NCBI RefSeq assembly: GCF_009834535.1
Contig: NC_045705.1
Coordinates: forward strand, 53,940,001 to 54,004,000
Direction of reading: 5' to 3'
DNA length: 64,000 nt
From: Camelus ferus
Taxonomy: Eukaryota
Shown here: positions 50,331 through 62,850 of the stretch, one piece after another
Layout of the letters: the number at the start of each line of letters is the position of its first letter
Position numbering within the stretch: position 1 is the stretch's first letter
Position numbers and translations under genes: made by a program
Notes under the pieces: generated by a model
What the model was told of the DNA's origin: nothing
Seen by the model: only the letters and a program-made list of their open reading frames with translations
Databases searched by the model: none

Positions 50331-51384
50331 CAAAGTGGTACTTACATCTCTGAATTAGGATGTAGAAGGATATGAAAAACCTTTCATCATATGGTAACAG
50401 GACAAATCTCAATGAAATGAAAATCACACTCATATAGTCAATGAACCGGGAGTAGAGGATTCAAGAAAGCCTTGATGAACTGACATCCACATAGCCGAGC
50501 AGAGAAATGTGGCAGTTTGCCTACCTGCGGTCTTGTCTGTCTTACAGAGACACTTTGAAGGGATGAGAATGAATCAGCCAGTTCTTGGATGAGAATGTAA
50601 ATTGTCTGGACAGATAGAAATTTGGAAGAAACCCAAATGCAAAAACAAATCATTTCACCCCAAAATTCCCTTCTCTTATGCTACAATGATTTTTCCTAGA
50701 AAGCAGCAGCAGAGGAGGAGCTAGCAATAAAAGAGAAACCACTTAGTCCCGCACAGCCTCACAGTAAATAGATGTGTGGACTTTGCCTTTACTGAATTCT
50801 TAGATGAAACAAAAATATCTAAAATTGCTGCTTAGTCCTGAGTTTCAGAAGTATAAAGCCTCTAGAAGATAAAATAGAGAATGTCTTTATGACCTTGGAT
50901 TAGGCAAAGATATCTTGAAGTTTCACTAAAACATTAAACATTAAAGAAAACATTGATAAATTAGATCATTTTAATTAAAAATTTTTGTTCATCAAGGATA
51001 CAATTAAGAGAGTGACACAGCATACTTCAAAGGGAGGGTATACCTTTAATGTATAAATCTGACAAAAGGACTTGAAGACAGATTATAACAACAAATCAGT
51101 AAGAAAAGTACAATCTGAGAATAAAATTGACAAAAGACCTGACAATACATTATACAAAAAAAGGACATATGAGTAGCTGATAAATAGATTTTTAAATGCT
51201 CAACGTAAGAGGCCCAGGGACATGAAAGTGAACACTGCCTGTTTATTTCATTGTAAAAAATGATGTCTAACCTGGAATCTATGGTGTTATCCTTTCTGAA
51301 AACTGTGGATACATAACTTCGTCTACCAGAGTACTGAGTTACAGGGACTTCTTTAAGCCAGCTCCTTCCAGTTTGTCTTCATAT

Positions 51385-51773
51385 CCTGGACCAGCCCTTG
51401 TGGTTCTTACTGCAAGATGCACTTAGCAATAACCATCAGGAAATTTTGAAAGAGACAAGGCGGATTACTTACAAGTCCTGGAAGTTATACAGCTGGGGCC
51501 ACACAGGGTCATGGAATAGAGAGAGAGAGAGATGTTAGGGTTCTGCTTTATTAGGGTTGAGGGTGGGGGCCTAGGGTTTCATACCCTCACTCTTTATTGG
51601 TGACTTAAAAATATAAGAGCAGAAATTTACAGCATGGGAAGAGAAAATACAAGTGGTCTGAATGGTCAGTTATCTAAGGAGATGTGGGGTTGGGGGCAAC
51701 TTGGCTCTTTATCTAGTTATGTGACTGGCACTGTTTATTCAAGATACCTGCCTTTGAAGTGGATGTCCTCGCA
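51385..51773 (-). mobile_element. LTR-like element fused to the 3' end of the OR at 51739-52695
   Basis: Similarity to the paralog ends abruptly at 51774. The downstream sequence carries three minus-strand AATAAA, a (TC)n tract and a U5-like end (GATGGTTATTGCT...AAGAACCACAAGGGCTGGTCC) that I recall from laurasiatherian LTRs. The family is unverified. Confidence 0.65.
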
Positions 51774-52695
51774 TGCTAGCCATCAATTTTCTCATGGCCT
51801 CTTTCACCTCTTTGTTCCTCAGACTGTAGATGAGGGGGTTCAACATGGGGATCACCACTGTGTGGAAGACGGACACCACTTTAATATGGTCAGGTGAATG
51901 GCTTGACTTCGGTATGACATAAACAAATGTGACTGTCCCATAAAACAGAGTGGCTGCAGTGAGGTGGGAAGTACAAGTAGAGAAAGCCTTGTGCCTTCCC
52001 TCTGTTGAGTGCATCTTCAGGATCGAGTGGAGGATGTACAGATATGAAACAGTTATGGTAAACAGTGTGATTACAATGATTGACCCAGCTGAGATGGCAG
52101 GAGATATTTCAGCAACATAAATATGGGTACATGAGAGCTTCACTAGTGGTGGAAGGTCGCAGAAGAAATGATTGATTTTATTCGGTCCACAGAAAGTCAA
52201 GCTCAGTAAACATCCAGTAAATGATGAAGCATTTGCACATCCTCCCAGATAGGAAGCAACCAATAAGATGATGCAGACGCTGGGAGACATGTGTATAGAG
52301 TAGAGGAGTGGGAAGCAGATGGCCACGTAGCGATCATAGGCCATGGCTGCCAGCAGGAAGCACTCAGCTGTTCCAAAGATAACATCAGAGCCAAGCTGGG
52401 CTATGCAGCCAACGACAGGGATGGTAGTTCCTTTTTTTAGGAAACTCACAATCATAATAGGTGTGACTGATGAGGAGTACCTAATGTCCACAAAGGCCAA
52501 ATGGCTGAGGAAAAGGTACATCGGGGTGTGAAGCTGAGGGCTTCTTCGGATTAATATAATTATGCTGACATTGCCTAATATGGTAGCAATATAGATTCCT
52601 AGAAAAACCACAAAGAAGATGGAACAAAGTGTAGGATGCTCTGTTAACCCCAAAATAATGAATTCTGTCACCATTGTTTGGTTTCCAGTCTTCAT
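51739..52695 (-). CDS. Olfactory receptor family 5 (OR5E1/Or5p4-like), 318 aa, with a non-native C-terminal tail
   Basis: [40 protein letters not shown] and [14 protein letters not shown]; ends [13 protein letters not shown]. Confidence 0.93.
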   Translation of the reverse strand: MKTGNQTMVTEFIILGLTEHPTLCSIFFVVFLGIYIATILGNVSIIILIRRSPQLHTPMYLFLSHLAFVDIRYSSSVTPIMIVSFLKKGTTIPVVGCIAQLGSDVIFGTAECFLLAAMAYDRYVAICFPLLYSIHMSPSVCIILLVASYLGGCANASSFTGCLLSLTFCGPNKINHFFCDLPPLVKLSCTHIYVAEISPAISAGSIIVITLFTITVSYLYILHSILKMHSTEGRHKAFSTCTSHLTAATLFYGTVTFVYVIPKSSHSPDHIKVVSVFHTVVIPMLNPLIYSLRNKEVKEAMRKLMASMRGHPLQRQVS

Positions 52696-53149
52696 CTTAT
52701 TTGGAATGATGCCTATTGAAATAAAAACCAGTGGGTATTAGAATAAATTAAATGGTCTCATAATTAATATACTTACTTTACCAGCCAGCCTGTCAGAAAA
52801 TCAACACATTGATCTCTCTACATTTTACAACATATTTCCAAATATATTTACATTGTGCATGATTTGAGAATATTAATGTCCATTATCTTAAGGCAAAGAT
52901 ACTCACAAAGGGACCATTGACTCAGAGCAGAACACAGTTGGCGCTCACATTTGCATCATTTGATCAGTTCAGGTGGTTGAATGAACACTTACAGCAATGA
53001 TGTTTTGGGAATTTGATGAGAACCAGAAGTCAAAGTCCCCTCGCAGTTAGGTAAGACTGTGAATAGTACATGCCAATGGGCTATGAGAGGAAATGCTTTG
53101 TTTCTCTTCTGGATCAAATTAAATTACCAGTGGACAACTCTCTCTTCCT

Positions 53150-53342
53150 CTTCCACAATGACATATTCTGCATGATACAATTATAAGATAATGGAATTTC
53201 CTATCAGCCTGGGATTTGAGGGAATATGGAGAACAGAGAGCATACTGGAAGCAAGAAATAAATCTATGTTGTGTTAGACCACACTGAGTTGCCAGGGTTA
53301 ATTTGTGAGAAGAACATAACATCACCTACCCTGATTAATATA
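53150..53342 (+). mobile_element. MLT1 (MaLR) LTR 3' part
   Basis: CAAGAAATAAATCTATGTTGTGTTAGACCACACTGAG...CATAACATCACCTACCCTGATTAATA. Confidence 0.6.
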
Positions 53343-53723
53343 ATTATGGATTGGCTGTAATGGAAGCTATCTGTGGAGTTTAATCCCAAGAGCATTGTGA
53401 GAAATAAATCCACTGTGGATCATTAGTTGTAATTTAGGCATTGTGCAGACCTAACAAAATCAGACATTTCATAATCAAGTATGAAAATGTTGTATATTAG
53501 AATATGTTGACAAGATGCCTACATGCATATGTTGTGCCGTCCACATGAGATCAAAAGAGTAATACTTAAATGAAAAAAATACCAAAAAGTCATTTNNNNN
53601 NNNNNNNNNNNNNNNNNNNNNNNNNNNNNNNNNNNNNNNNNNNNNNNNNNNNNNNNNNNNNNNNNNNNNNNNNNNNNNNNNNNNNNNNNNNNNNNNNNNN
53701 NNNNNNNNNNNNNNNNNNNNNNN

Positions 53724-54462
53724 CAAATGACATATGCTGGAGAGGCTGTGGAGGAAAGGGAACCTTCTACACTGCTGGTAGTTTGGTGCAGCCACTGTGG
53801 AAAACAGTATGGAGATTCCTCAAAAGACTAGGAATAGACTTACCATATGATCCAGTAATCCTGCTCCTGGGCATATGTCCAGAAGGAACCCTGCTTCAAA
53901 AATACACCTGCACNNNNNNNNNNNNNNNNNNNNNNNNNNNNNNNNNNNNNNNNNNNNNNNNNNNNNNNNNNNNNNNNNNNNNNNNNNNNNNNNNNNNNNN
54001 NNNNNNNNNNNNNNNNNNNNNNNNNNNNNNNNNNNNNNNNNNNNNNNNNNNNNNNNNNTTGCAGCAACATAGATGCTCCTAGAGAATGTCATTCTAAGTG
54101 AAGTAAGCCAGAAAGAGAAAGAAAAATACCATATGAGATTGCTCATATGTGGAATCTAAAAAACAAAAACAAACAAAGCATAAATACAAAACAGAAACAG
54201 ACTTATAGACATAGAATACAAACTTGTGGTTGCCAAGGGGGTGGAGGGTGGGAAGGGATAGACGGGATTTCAAAATTGTAGACTAGGTAAATAAGATTAT
54301 ACTGTATAGCACAGGGAAGTATACACAAGATCTTATGGTAGCTCACAGAGAAAAAAATGTGACAATGAATATATATATGTCCATGTATAACTGAAAAATT
54401 GTGCTTTACACTGGAATTTGACACAACATTGTAAAATGATTATAAATCAATAAAAAAAAATA
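53724..54462 (+). mobile_element. Young camelid-type LINE-1 3' end (ORF2 C-terminus, 3' UTR, poly(A))
   Basis: Frame reads [22 protein letters not shown]. The 3' UTR matches the tail nested at 35674-35876 and is similar to the one at 18105. Confidence 0.9.
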
Positions 54463-55024
54463 AGAAACAAGCCAGACCACTGAAAAAGCTAGTACCAAAG
54501 AACGAAAAAAATCAACGAATACTATCAATTATCAAATAATACTTCAGAAGTGCTACTATCAAATATCAGAAGCCTACTACTTGAGGGGGAAGAAACGTCA
54601 TTGTTTTTTAAAGGAACAAAGTTAATCATGTGTAGACTCTTGAATTGCCAACTGGAATATTTTCTACTTTTTAAAAGATTCCAACATTAAAATTCTTCTT
54701 TTACTAAGTATACAGGTAAATAACTACCAATACACTATTCTTACCCAATTCTTACTTGACTATGAAAAACTTGTATCTTTGAAGTGATGATTAAGCCAGT
54801 GCTCTTAATTAACTTGTTACAATAATGTAAGAAAGCTAAGTCTCTGGCTTCATTAATTAGTCATAGGATTGTGTCAGAAGTTCAAAAGACACAAATCTGG
54901 AATAAATTTTATATTTTTATGAGAAATATATACATGGAAGACTCAAATGAATTCAGAACATGACATGAATGCCAGTGTGACATGGAAAACATGACGTACA
55001 GTGCTGAGGTGAAAAGAAAAGATT

Positions 55025-55235
55025 TCAGAGCCAAAAGCTCTAAGGATAAATTCCAGGTCTGCCACTTACTGACTAGGTGATCTTGGAAAAGTTACATAAC
55101 CCCTCTGAGACTCAATTTCCTTATTTCAAAAATTGAGATAATAGTAACATTTACCTCCAATTGTCACTGTGTTGAATGGTATATGTTAATATATCTAGCA
55201 ATGAATGGCAATGAGTGGATGATCCATAAATAAGA
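55025..55235 (+). mobile_element. MIR SINE
   Basis: AATTCCAGGTCTGCCACTTACTGACTAGGTGATCTTGGAAAAGTTAC...CTCAATTTCCTT. Confidence 0.7.
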
Positions 55236-56589
55236 ATCCCTTCAAATAAGCAACTATAGCTTCCACTACAAATGCAAAGGGTACTTATAAATCGATAACA
55301 ATGAATGACTGTTACCTGCTGGTCTAATATTATGATGGAGACAAATTCCAGGAATCACCTTTGTACAACAGGGCTTATTTTTGCAGGATTTAGGACCATT
55401 TGAAATGTAAAACCAGAAGTACCTTGGCATCAGACGTGCACAGGTTTGTTAACATTTAATTGAAAATCCAATGGGAGAAAATCCATAGAGATTAAGAAAA
55501 CTAGGTGTGTTTACATATTCCTACACCATTGTGCTGGCTGAGATATTTATTAAGGTCTCAGGGGCTTCATTTAGTCTCTTCATTATTTTTATACAATTAT
55601 TATAATTGCAAAATTCTAATTAGGTTTGAAACTTGATTTGGACCAATATAACTAATATGGGCTATGCTGTGATCATCTGAGACATCTCTGAGACGCAGTC
55701 ATGACCCGGTGCCTGAAAATGTTTTCTTGAGCACTGTCCTCGGTTCCTGTTTTATTGCACCTGTGGAAGCTGCACAAAGAGTCAAATGCTTTTCTCTGTG
55801 TCAAAAGTGACCCACAATTTAATAAGCCATGGCATTTCCCACTAATCATAGTTTTTCCCTCAAATCCTGGACTCTTGGGATAGATGGAGATCCAGTTATC
55901 AGAGGTATTCCTTCCTTTCCCCACCCCATTATCATCTCCATCCCAACCTTCCCTTTCTAGATAAGCCAAGAATCTCTTCCTTATTCCTGATTTTTTTTGT
56001 GGTTTTTCATAAGCAATGTTACTATTTGTACTGCTCTGAAATTGCTTTTCTTTATTCAAAAATATTTTTAGACAACTCCATGTGAGTATACATTAATTGC
56101 CTTCATTCTTTGCAATGGCTCATAGTATTCCAGAGCATTTAACAAGTATTTATTTAGCTATACCCCTGTTAGTGCTTCACTGTGCTTGTATATCAGTAGT
56201 TCTCTTGGATGTATTCTAAGAATTTGAATTGCTGGGTTAAAAGGTTTGCAGGACTTAAATTCCGATACTGCCAAATTACACTTAAAGAAAACTGCATTAT
56301 TTTTACATGATGTTTTATACTAAAAATCTATTAGATTAGACTTACTTTTTAGTTGTTTATTTTACCTATCAAGTTCTAAAAGTCTTGCATTATGATTGCA
56401 GATTTTTCAATTTCTCATATTCCTATCAGATTTTCCTTTAGACATTTAGACGCTTATATAGACATTTATATTAGGTATATAAATGTTTGACACTGCTATA
56501 ACTTCCATGTAAATTGTACCTTTTATAAACCCTTTAAAAATATCTATATTGATTTGCTTTCCACCTGTAGTATCTGAGGGTACATATTC

Positions 56590-57530
56590 CCTCAATCCTC
56601 AGTTAACTACTGAGGCAATAGAAATAAAAGCAAAAATAAACAAATGGGACCTCATTAAACTTATAAGCTTTTGCACAGCAATGGAAACCATAAGCAAAAC
56701 AAAAAGACAACCTATGGAATGGGAGAAAATATTTGCAAATGATGAGACTGCCAAGGGCTTAATTTCCAGAGTTATAAACAGCTCATACAGCTTAACAACA
56801 ACAAAAACCCAATTCAAAATGGGCAGAAGACCTAAACAAGCAATTCTCCAATGAAAACATACAAATGGCCAAATAGGCACATGAAAAAATGCTTGATATC
56901 GCTAATTATCAGAGAAATGCAAATCAAAACTACAATGAGGTATCACCTCACACCAGTCAGAATGGTCATCATTAAAAAGTCCGCAAATGATAAATGCTGG
57001 AGAGGATGTGAAGAAAAAGGAACCCTCCTACACTGGTGGTGGGAATGTAGTTTGGTATAGCCACTATGGAAAACAGTATGGAGATTCCTTAAAAAACTAA
57101 AAGTAGATTTACCCTATGATCCAGGAGTCCCACTCCCAAGCATACATCCAGAATAAACTCTGATTTGAAAANNNNNNNNNNNNNNNNNNNNNNNNNNNNN
57201 NNNNNNNNNNNNNNNNNNNNNNNNNNNNNNNNNNNNNNNNNNNNNNNNNNNNNNNNNNNNNNNNNNNNNNNNNNNNNNNNNNNNNNNNNNNNNNNNNNNN
57301 NNNNNNNNNNNNNNNNNNNNNNNNNNNNNNNNNNNNNNNNNNNNNGGACATGAAGATTGTCATACTAAGTGAAGGAAGCCAGAAAGAAAAAAATACCATA
57401 CGATATTATTTATAAGTGGAATCTAAAAAAAAAAAAAAAAGAGACAAACTTATTTACAGGACAGAAACAGACTCACAGACGTGGAAAACAAAACTGTTAC
57501 CAGGGGTAAAGGGGAGTGGAGGGATTAAAA
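56590..57530 (+). mobile_element. LINE-1 ORF2 C-terminal region and partial 3' UTR
   Basis: ORF-track peptides [16 protein letters not shown] and [26 protein letters not shown]. Confidence 0.9.
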
Positions 57531-58859
57531 AATACCTAATTGTTCTATTTGGAAATCCAAATGACCCTGATATTGTCCAGGAGGATTCTTTTCACTCTTG
57601 CTGCTGCCTCCGAAGTTCTATCACTCTAGAATTTTTTCTAGCAGTTTTCCCCTAATAGGCATCTTTCCTTTAATTGGATTTCATCTGCTTTCTTTTTCAT
57701 TGTTATTCAAATGGTCTTTTATGGCATTTTAAAAAATTGAAGCATAGTCAGTTTACAATGTTGTATCAATTTCTGGTGGGATTTCATCTGCTTTTTATCT
57801 TTCTAAGAATATTAATGATTTGGGTCCATTAAAAATACCCTTTCCCTTTCTGGCTTTCCAGCACTACTATGAGGTCATTTATTACACATTTCTTATCATA
57901 AATGTGGATCAAGAACAGGAAGCCACAGTACGTTCTCAGACTGCCACTTTAATACAATTCCTAGGTGGGAGTCACTGACTCTGTCTTTATAGATGCTTTG
58001 TGTTTTCCCTGTTGGACAGGAGAAAACACACTTGAAACTGAAGGCGAGCAAATGTGGAGATTGAGTTGAATTGTAAAATAATTAAAGTCAAGCAGAGAAT
58101 GCCATGAAACTAGTCAAAAACAAGACGATATTGTTTTTAAAAATTCAATCTAAAAAGGAAGAGATAATTTGGAAGTGAGAGGTGTAACAGAGGGAAACTG
58201 TGAAAAGGAAGAAGTACTTCTGCTTTCCTCACATTCAGTCTTAGAATATGAATGGGAGGATCCTAGGGAAGAGAAGAGGTTTAGTTATGCCCAGGAATTT
58301 CAGGAATATTGAGGAAAGGAAAAAATGGGAAGAGTGTTCCCAGAAGTAGTAGACATAGGGTATGGATAGCAGAGAAATAAACTTGGGCATAAGTGAGCAT
58401 ATCAGGAATGAGTGAAGAAAAAGGGAAATGCCGTCATATGGATTTGTCCAAAGCAGGACCCCATAAAGGCAAAAAAACCCCAAAACAAAACAAAACAAAA
58501 AACCATGCCCTGAAATGAAGAAGGTAGAGGAAAGGAAGTTGTATAAGCATTGTGTTTGCAAATGGAAGAGACATAACTAGCTCAAAAATTCTAGATGAAA
58601 ATTTTGTATTATGCTTCAGACTCTGAAAGCTTTCTCCTAGGTACTAGAGTTTATGAAGATCACACTTTGGTGATACAATAGAGGACGAGGGTCAAGGGAG
58701 GTGTAGTTTAGTGAGAAAGCCAGAGAAAAAGTAGTTCAGAATAAAACAAAAACAAAATGTCACAAACATAAAAGGAGAAAGGAGATTGTATTTTTTCCAT
58801 AGAAATCTAGTTTAGGAGAGAAATTGTGCAAATGCATCATTGTTTTGTATGAATTTGGA

Positions 58860-59520
58860 GACTAGTGATTAATGAAAACCAAAAAAGAAAGAAAAGGGGC
58901 TTTTGAAAATCATTAAGTAAAAAAAGTGAAGGACTTTATATTGAATTAATCTGAACCTACTTACTAATTTTAAAATCATAGAAAGGAAACCAGATATTAT
59001 GTGCCTCATGGTATGATGCAATAGGAAGTAGACACCCCTGCTATAAAATTTATGGCCCAAAATCTAAGCTGAATCTGATCAAGACTCTATCTAGATTTTC
59101 CTATCAGTTCACAGGTCACACAGGGGTTATGGGAACACATTAAAGGGAATAGCTGAAGAGCGATGCAATCAGCGAAACACATAATGTAGAAAATTCTAGA
59201 GGACTAAATAACCAATTTCTTCCACAAAAATAATTGCTCAAACAAGAGAGAAGGAAGCTATAGCTTAAAAAGTCATGATATATAACAACTAAATGAAATA
59301 GTTAGACCTTCTTTAGATTTTAACTCAACACAGTTGTGGAAAAAAATTTATAATACAATTGGGAAAATTCAAACAGCAAATATTTGATATTAAAGAATTA
59401 CCATTTTTTTGGTTTACTAATGCATTGTGGTTATATTTTTATGAGTCCTTGCATGTGAAAGACATGTACTGAATTGCTTAGAGGCGAAATAAAATAATGC
59501 CTTGGATTTGTTTCAAAACA
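58860..59520 (+). mobile_element. Old L1MC/ME-type 3' region
   Basis: GAAACCAGATATTATGTGCCTCATGGTATGATGCAATAGGAAG...CTGAATCTGATCAAGACTCT. Confidence 0.55.
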
Positions 59521-59524
59521 AGAT

Positions 59525-61807
59525 TATAGACAGAAAATGCTAAAGATCACCAAAATACTATTATAGCTCACCAATGAATTTGGTAAAGTTACAGGATACA
59601 AAATTAATATACAGAAATCTGTTGCATTTCTGTGTGCTAACAATGAGCTATCAGAAAGAGAAATTAAGAAAACAATCCCATTTACCATTGCATCATAAAG
59701 AATAAAATACCTAGGAATAAATCTAACTAAGGAGTTAAAAGGCCTATACTCTGAAAACTATACAACACTGACAAAGAAATTGAAGATAGCACAGATGAAA
59801 GATATATCTTGTTCATGGATTGGAAGAATTAATATTGTTAAAATGATCAAACTAGCCAAGGCAATCTGCAGATTGAATGCAATCCCTATCAAAATACCAA
59901 CAGAATNNNNNNNNNNNNNNNNNNNNNNNNNNNNNNNNNNNNNNNNNNNNNNNNNNNNNNNNNNNNNNNNNNNNNNNNNNNNNNNNNNNNNNNNNNNNNN
60001 NNNNNNNNNNNNNNNNNNNNNNNNNNNNNNNNNNNNNNNNNNNNNNNNNNNNNNNNNNNNNNNNNNNNNNNNNNNNNNNNNNNNNNNNNNNNNNNNNNNN
60101 NNNNNNNNNNNNNNNNNNNNNNNNNNNNNNNNNNNNNNNNNNNNNNNNNNNNNNNNNNNNNNNNNNNNNAATGGGGTAAAGACATCTCTTCAATAAATGG
60201 TGCTGGAAAAACTGGACAGCTACATGCAAAAGAATGGAATTAGAACATTTTCTCACACTATATATGAAAAATATATATGAAAAATAAACTCAAATGTATT
60301 AAAGACTTAATCTAAGACCAAAAGCCATGAAACTCCTGGAAGAAAATATATGCAGAACACTCTGTGAGATAAATTGTAGCAGTATCCTTTTGGGTCCACC
60401 TCCTAAGGCAAAGGAAACAAAAGCAATAATTAACAAATAGGACCTAATTAAACTTAAAAGCTTTTGCACAGCAAAGGAAACCACCATCAACAAAATGAAA
60501 AGACAGTCTACCAAATGGGAGAAATTGTTTGCAAATGATATGACCAATAAGAGATTAATATCCAAATATATAAACAGCTCACATAACTCAATATCAAAAA
60601 AAAAAACAAAAACAAAAACAGCCCAATTAGAAAANNNNNNNNNNNNNNNNNNNNNNNNNNNNNNNNNNNNNNNNNNNNNNNNNNNNNNNNNNNNNNNNNN
60701 NNNNNNNNNNNNNNNNNNNNNNNNNNNNNNNNNNNNNNNNNNNNNNNNNNNNNNNNNNNNNNNNNNNNNNNNNNNNNNNNNNNNNNNNNNNNNNCACAAA
60801 TAACAAATGTCGGCAAGGATTTGGAAAAAAGGGAAACTTTGTATGCTGTTGGTGTTTAATTGGTGCAGCCACCATGGAAAACAGTCTGGAGTTTTCTTTA
60901 AAAACTAAAAATAGATCCAGCAATTCCACTACTGGGTATATATCTAAAGAAAATGAAATCACTAATTTAAAAAGATACATGCACCCCATCAATTCATAGA
61001 AGCATTATTTACAATTGCCAAGATACGGAAGAAACCTAAGTGTTTATCAACAGATGAATGGATAAAGAAGGTGTGAGATATAAATATAGATATAGCTAAA
61101 TGGAATATAACTCAGCCATAAAAAAGAATGAAATATTGCCATTTGCAACAACATGAATGGACTTGGATAGTATTATGCTTAGTAAAATAAGTCAGACACA
61201 GACAGAGAAGGACAAATACTGTGTGTTATCACTTATATGTGGAATCTAAAAAACAACAGTGTTGGCCAAGGGTTCGGTTTGAGTGTGGGGCGGGGCAGGG
61301 AGAGTGATGAATAGGTGGAGCATGGGATTTTCAGAGCAGAGTAACTATTCTGTATGATACTGTAATGGTGGATACTTGACATAGTTGTACAACACAGAAT
61401 GAATCCTAATGTAAACTATGAGATTTAGTTAGTAATAATGTATCAGTATTGTTTCATCAATTGTAATAAATGTACCCCAGCAATGGAAAATTTTATAATG
61501 AAGGGAAAAAAACAAATGAATGGATCTAACAAAACAGAAACAAACTCACAGATATGGAGAATAAACTAGTGGTTACCAGTGAGGAGAGGGAAAAGGGGAG
61601 GGGCAATATAGGAGTAGAGGATTAAGGGGTACAGACTACTACATATAAAATAAATAAGCTAAAAGGACATACTGTGCAGCACAAGGAATATAGCCATTAT
61701 TTTATAATAACTTTAAATGGAATATAATCTATAAAAGTTTTGAATCACTATGTTGTACATCTGAAACTAACATAATATTATAAGTCAACTATACTTCAAT
61801 TAAAAAA
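59525..61807 (+). mobile_element. Cetartiodactyl-type LINE-1 ORF2 3' half and 3' UTR, with an L1MC-like insert at ~61257-61506
   Basis: Peptide [12 protein letters not shown]. The 3' end is GTCAACTATACTTCAATTAAAAAA. Confidence 0.9.
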
Positions 61808-62149
61808 TATAAGATTGTAGAGTTGTGAAAGAGTTATAAAAGAAATAAAATGGGCCAAGATGGGTTATTATTGAAGCAGAGTGATGGGTACTTGGGGGTT
61901 CATTGTACCATTCTCTCTACTTTTATGCAGATTTTAAGTTTCCATCACAAAAAGTCAAAAGGACAGCCAACCAAGTAGAAATATGAGCAAAAGACACAGA
62001 TCTGCAATACATAGAAAAATAAATACTAATTGCTATTAAATGCATTTGAAGCATTTGCTATCACTGATAATTAAGGAAATTAAAAATTAATGATGGACTA
62101 TATTGCAGATTATGTTTTATGCACATAATGAGAAATTTGATACAGCAGC

Positions 62150-62530
62150 TCCACAGCATACTAGACACCTAGACTTCTATATTTCCCCTCAGCCATCCTT
62201 ACCTTGTGCTTCTTGCTTGGAGGCCACAGAATGATTGCTCCAGCTTTAACAGTTTTGTTCATTTTTCAGGAAGGATGAAGGAGAAAAGCCTGGAGCCAAA
62301 AGGTTTACATCAGCTGAGTCCATCTAATCTCTTTATGGAGTATTCTGTGGACCCTAAACCAACAAGCAGAACTGAGTAAGAAGGCCTTTTCATATGCAAG
62401 GGAATCTGGAAAATGTGTTTTGTTTTGTTTTTAAATTGGGCACTTTGAAGCACCCAATAAAACCAGGGTTCTGTTACCAAGAAAAAAGAGGAGAATATAC
62501 ATGGCATAGACAACTAGAAAACTTCACCAT
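62150..62530 (-). mobile_element. Old MLT1 (MaLR) LTR
   Basis: AATAAAACCAGGGTTCTGTTACCAAG...GGCATAGACAACTAG terminus. Confidence 0.5.
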
Positions 62531-62850
62531 ATAATCTCAAATTAGTCACTACTATTTTTACTTTATACTTGGTTAGATTCACATATATTTCAGCAGGGTT
62601 TTTGTTTCCCTTTATTCACATCGCCTCTTGCATCCCTCTCCTTCCTTCTGGACTTAATTTCTTTCTTCTGATGTACTTTCTTCATTTAGTGGCTCTCTCA
62701 GCAATGGTATGCTGTTGAACCCTTTCAAGTGTTTTTTTGCCTTGAAAATATCTTTATCTCACTCTTACTCTTAAATGATCATTTAGCTGGGCATAAAATT
62801 CTAAGTTGTTAGTTATTTTTCCTTAGGACCTTGAATATATTATTTTCTTA
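62530..62850 (-). mobile_element. Old LINE-1 fragment
   Basis: CTTTATCTCACTCTTACTCTTAAATGATCATTTAGCTGGGCATAAAATTCTAAGTTG. Confidence 0.55.

Noticed and set aside
516-62513. The many 60-170 aa ORFs in the track
   Set aside because: They are antisense or alternate frames of ORs, L1 remnants, N-spanning artifacts or low-complexity AT-rich frames, with no independent family motifs.
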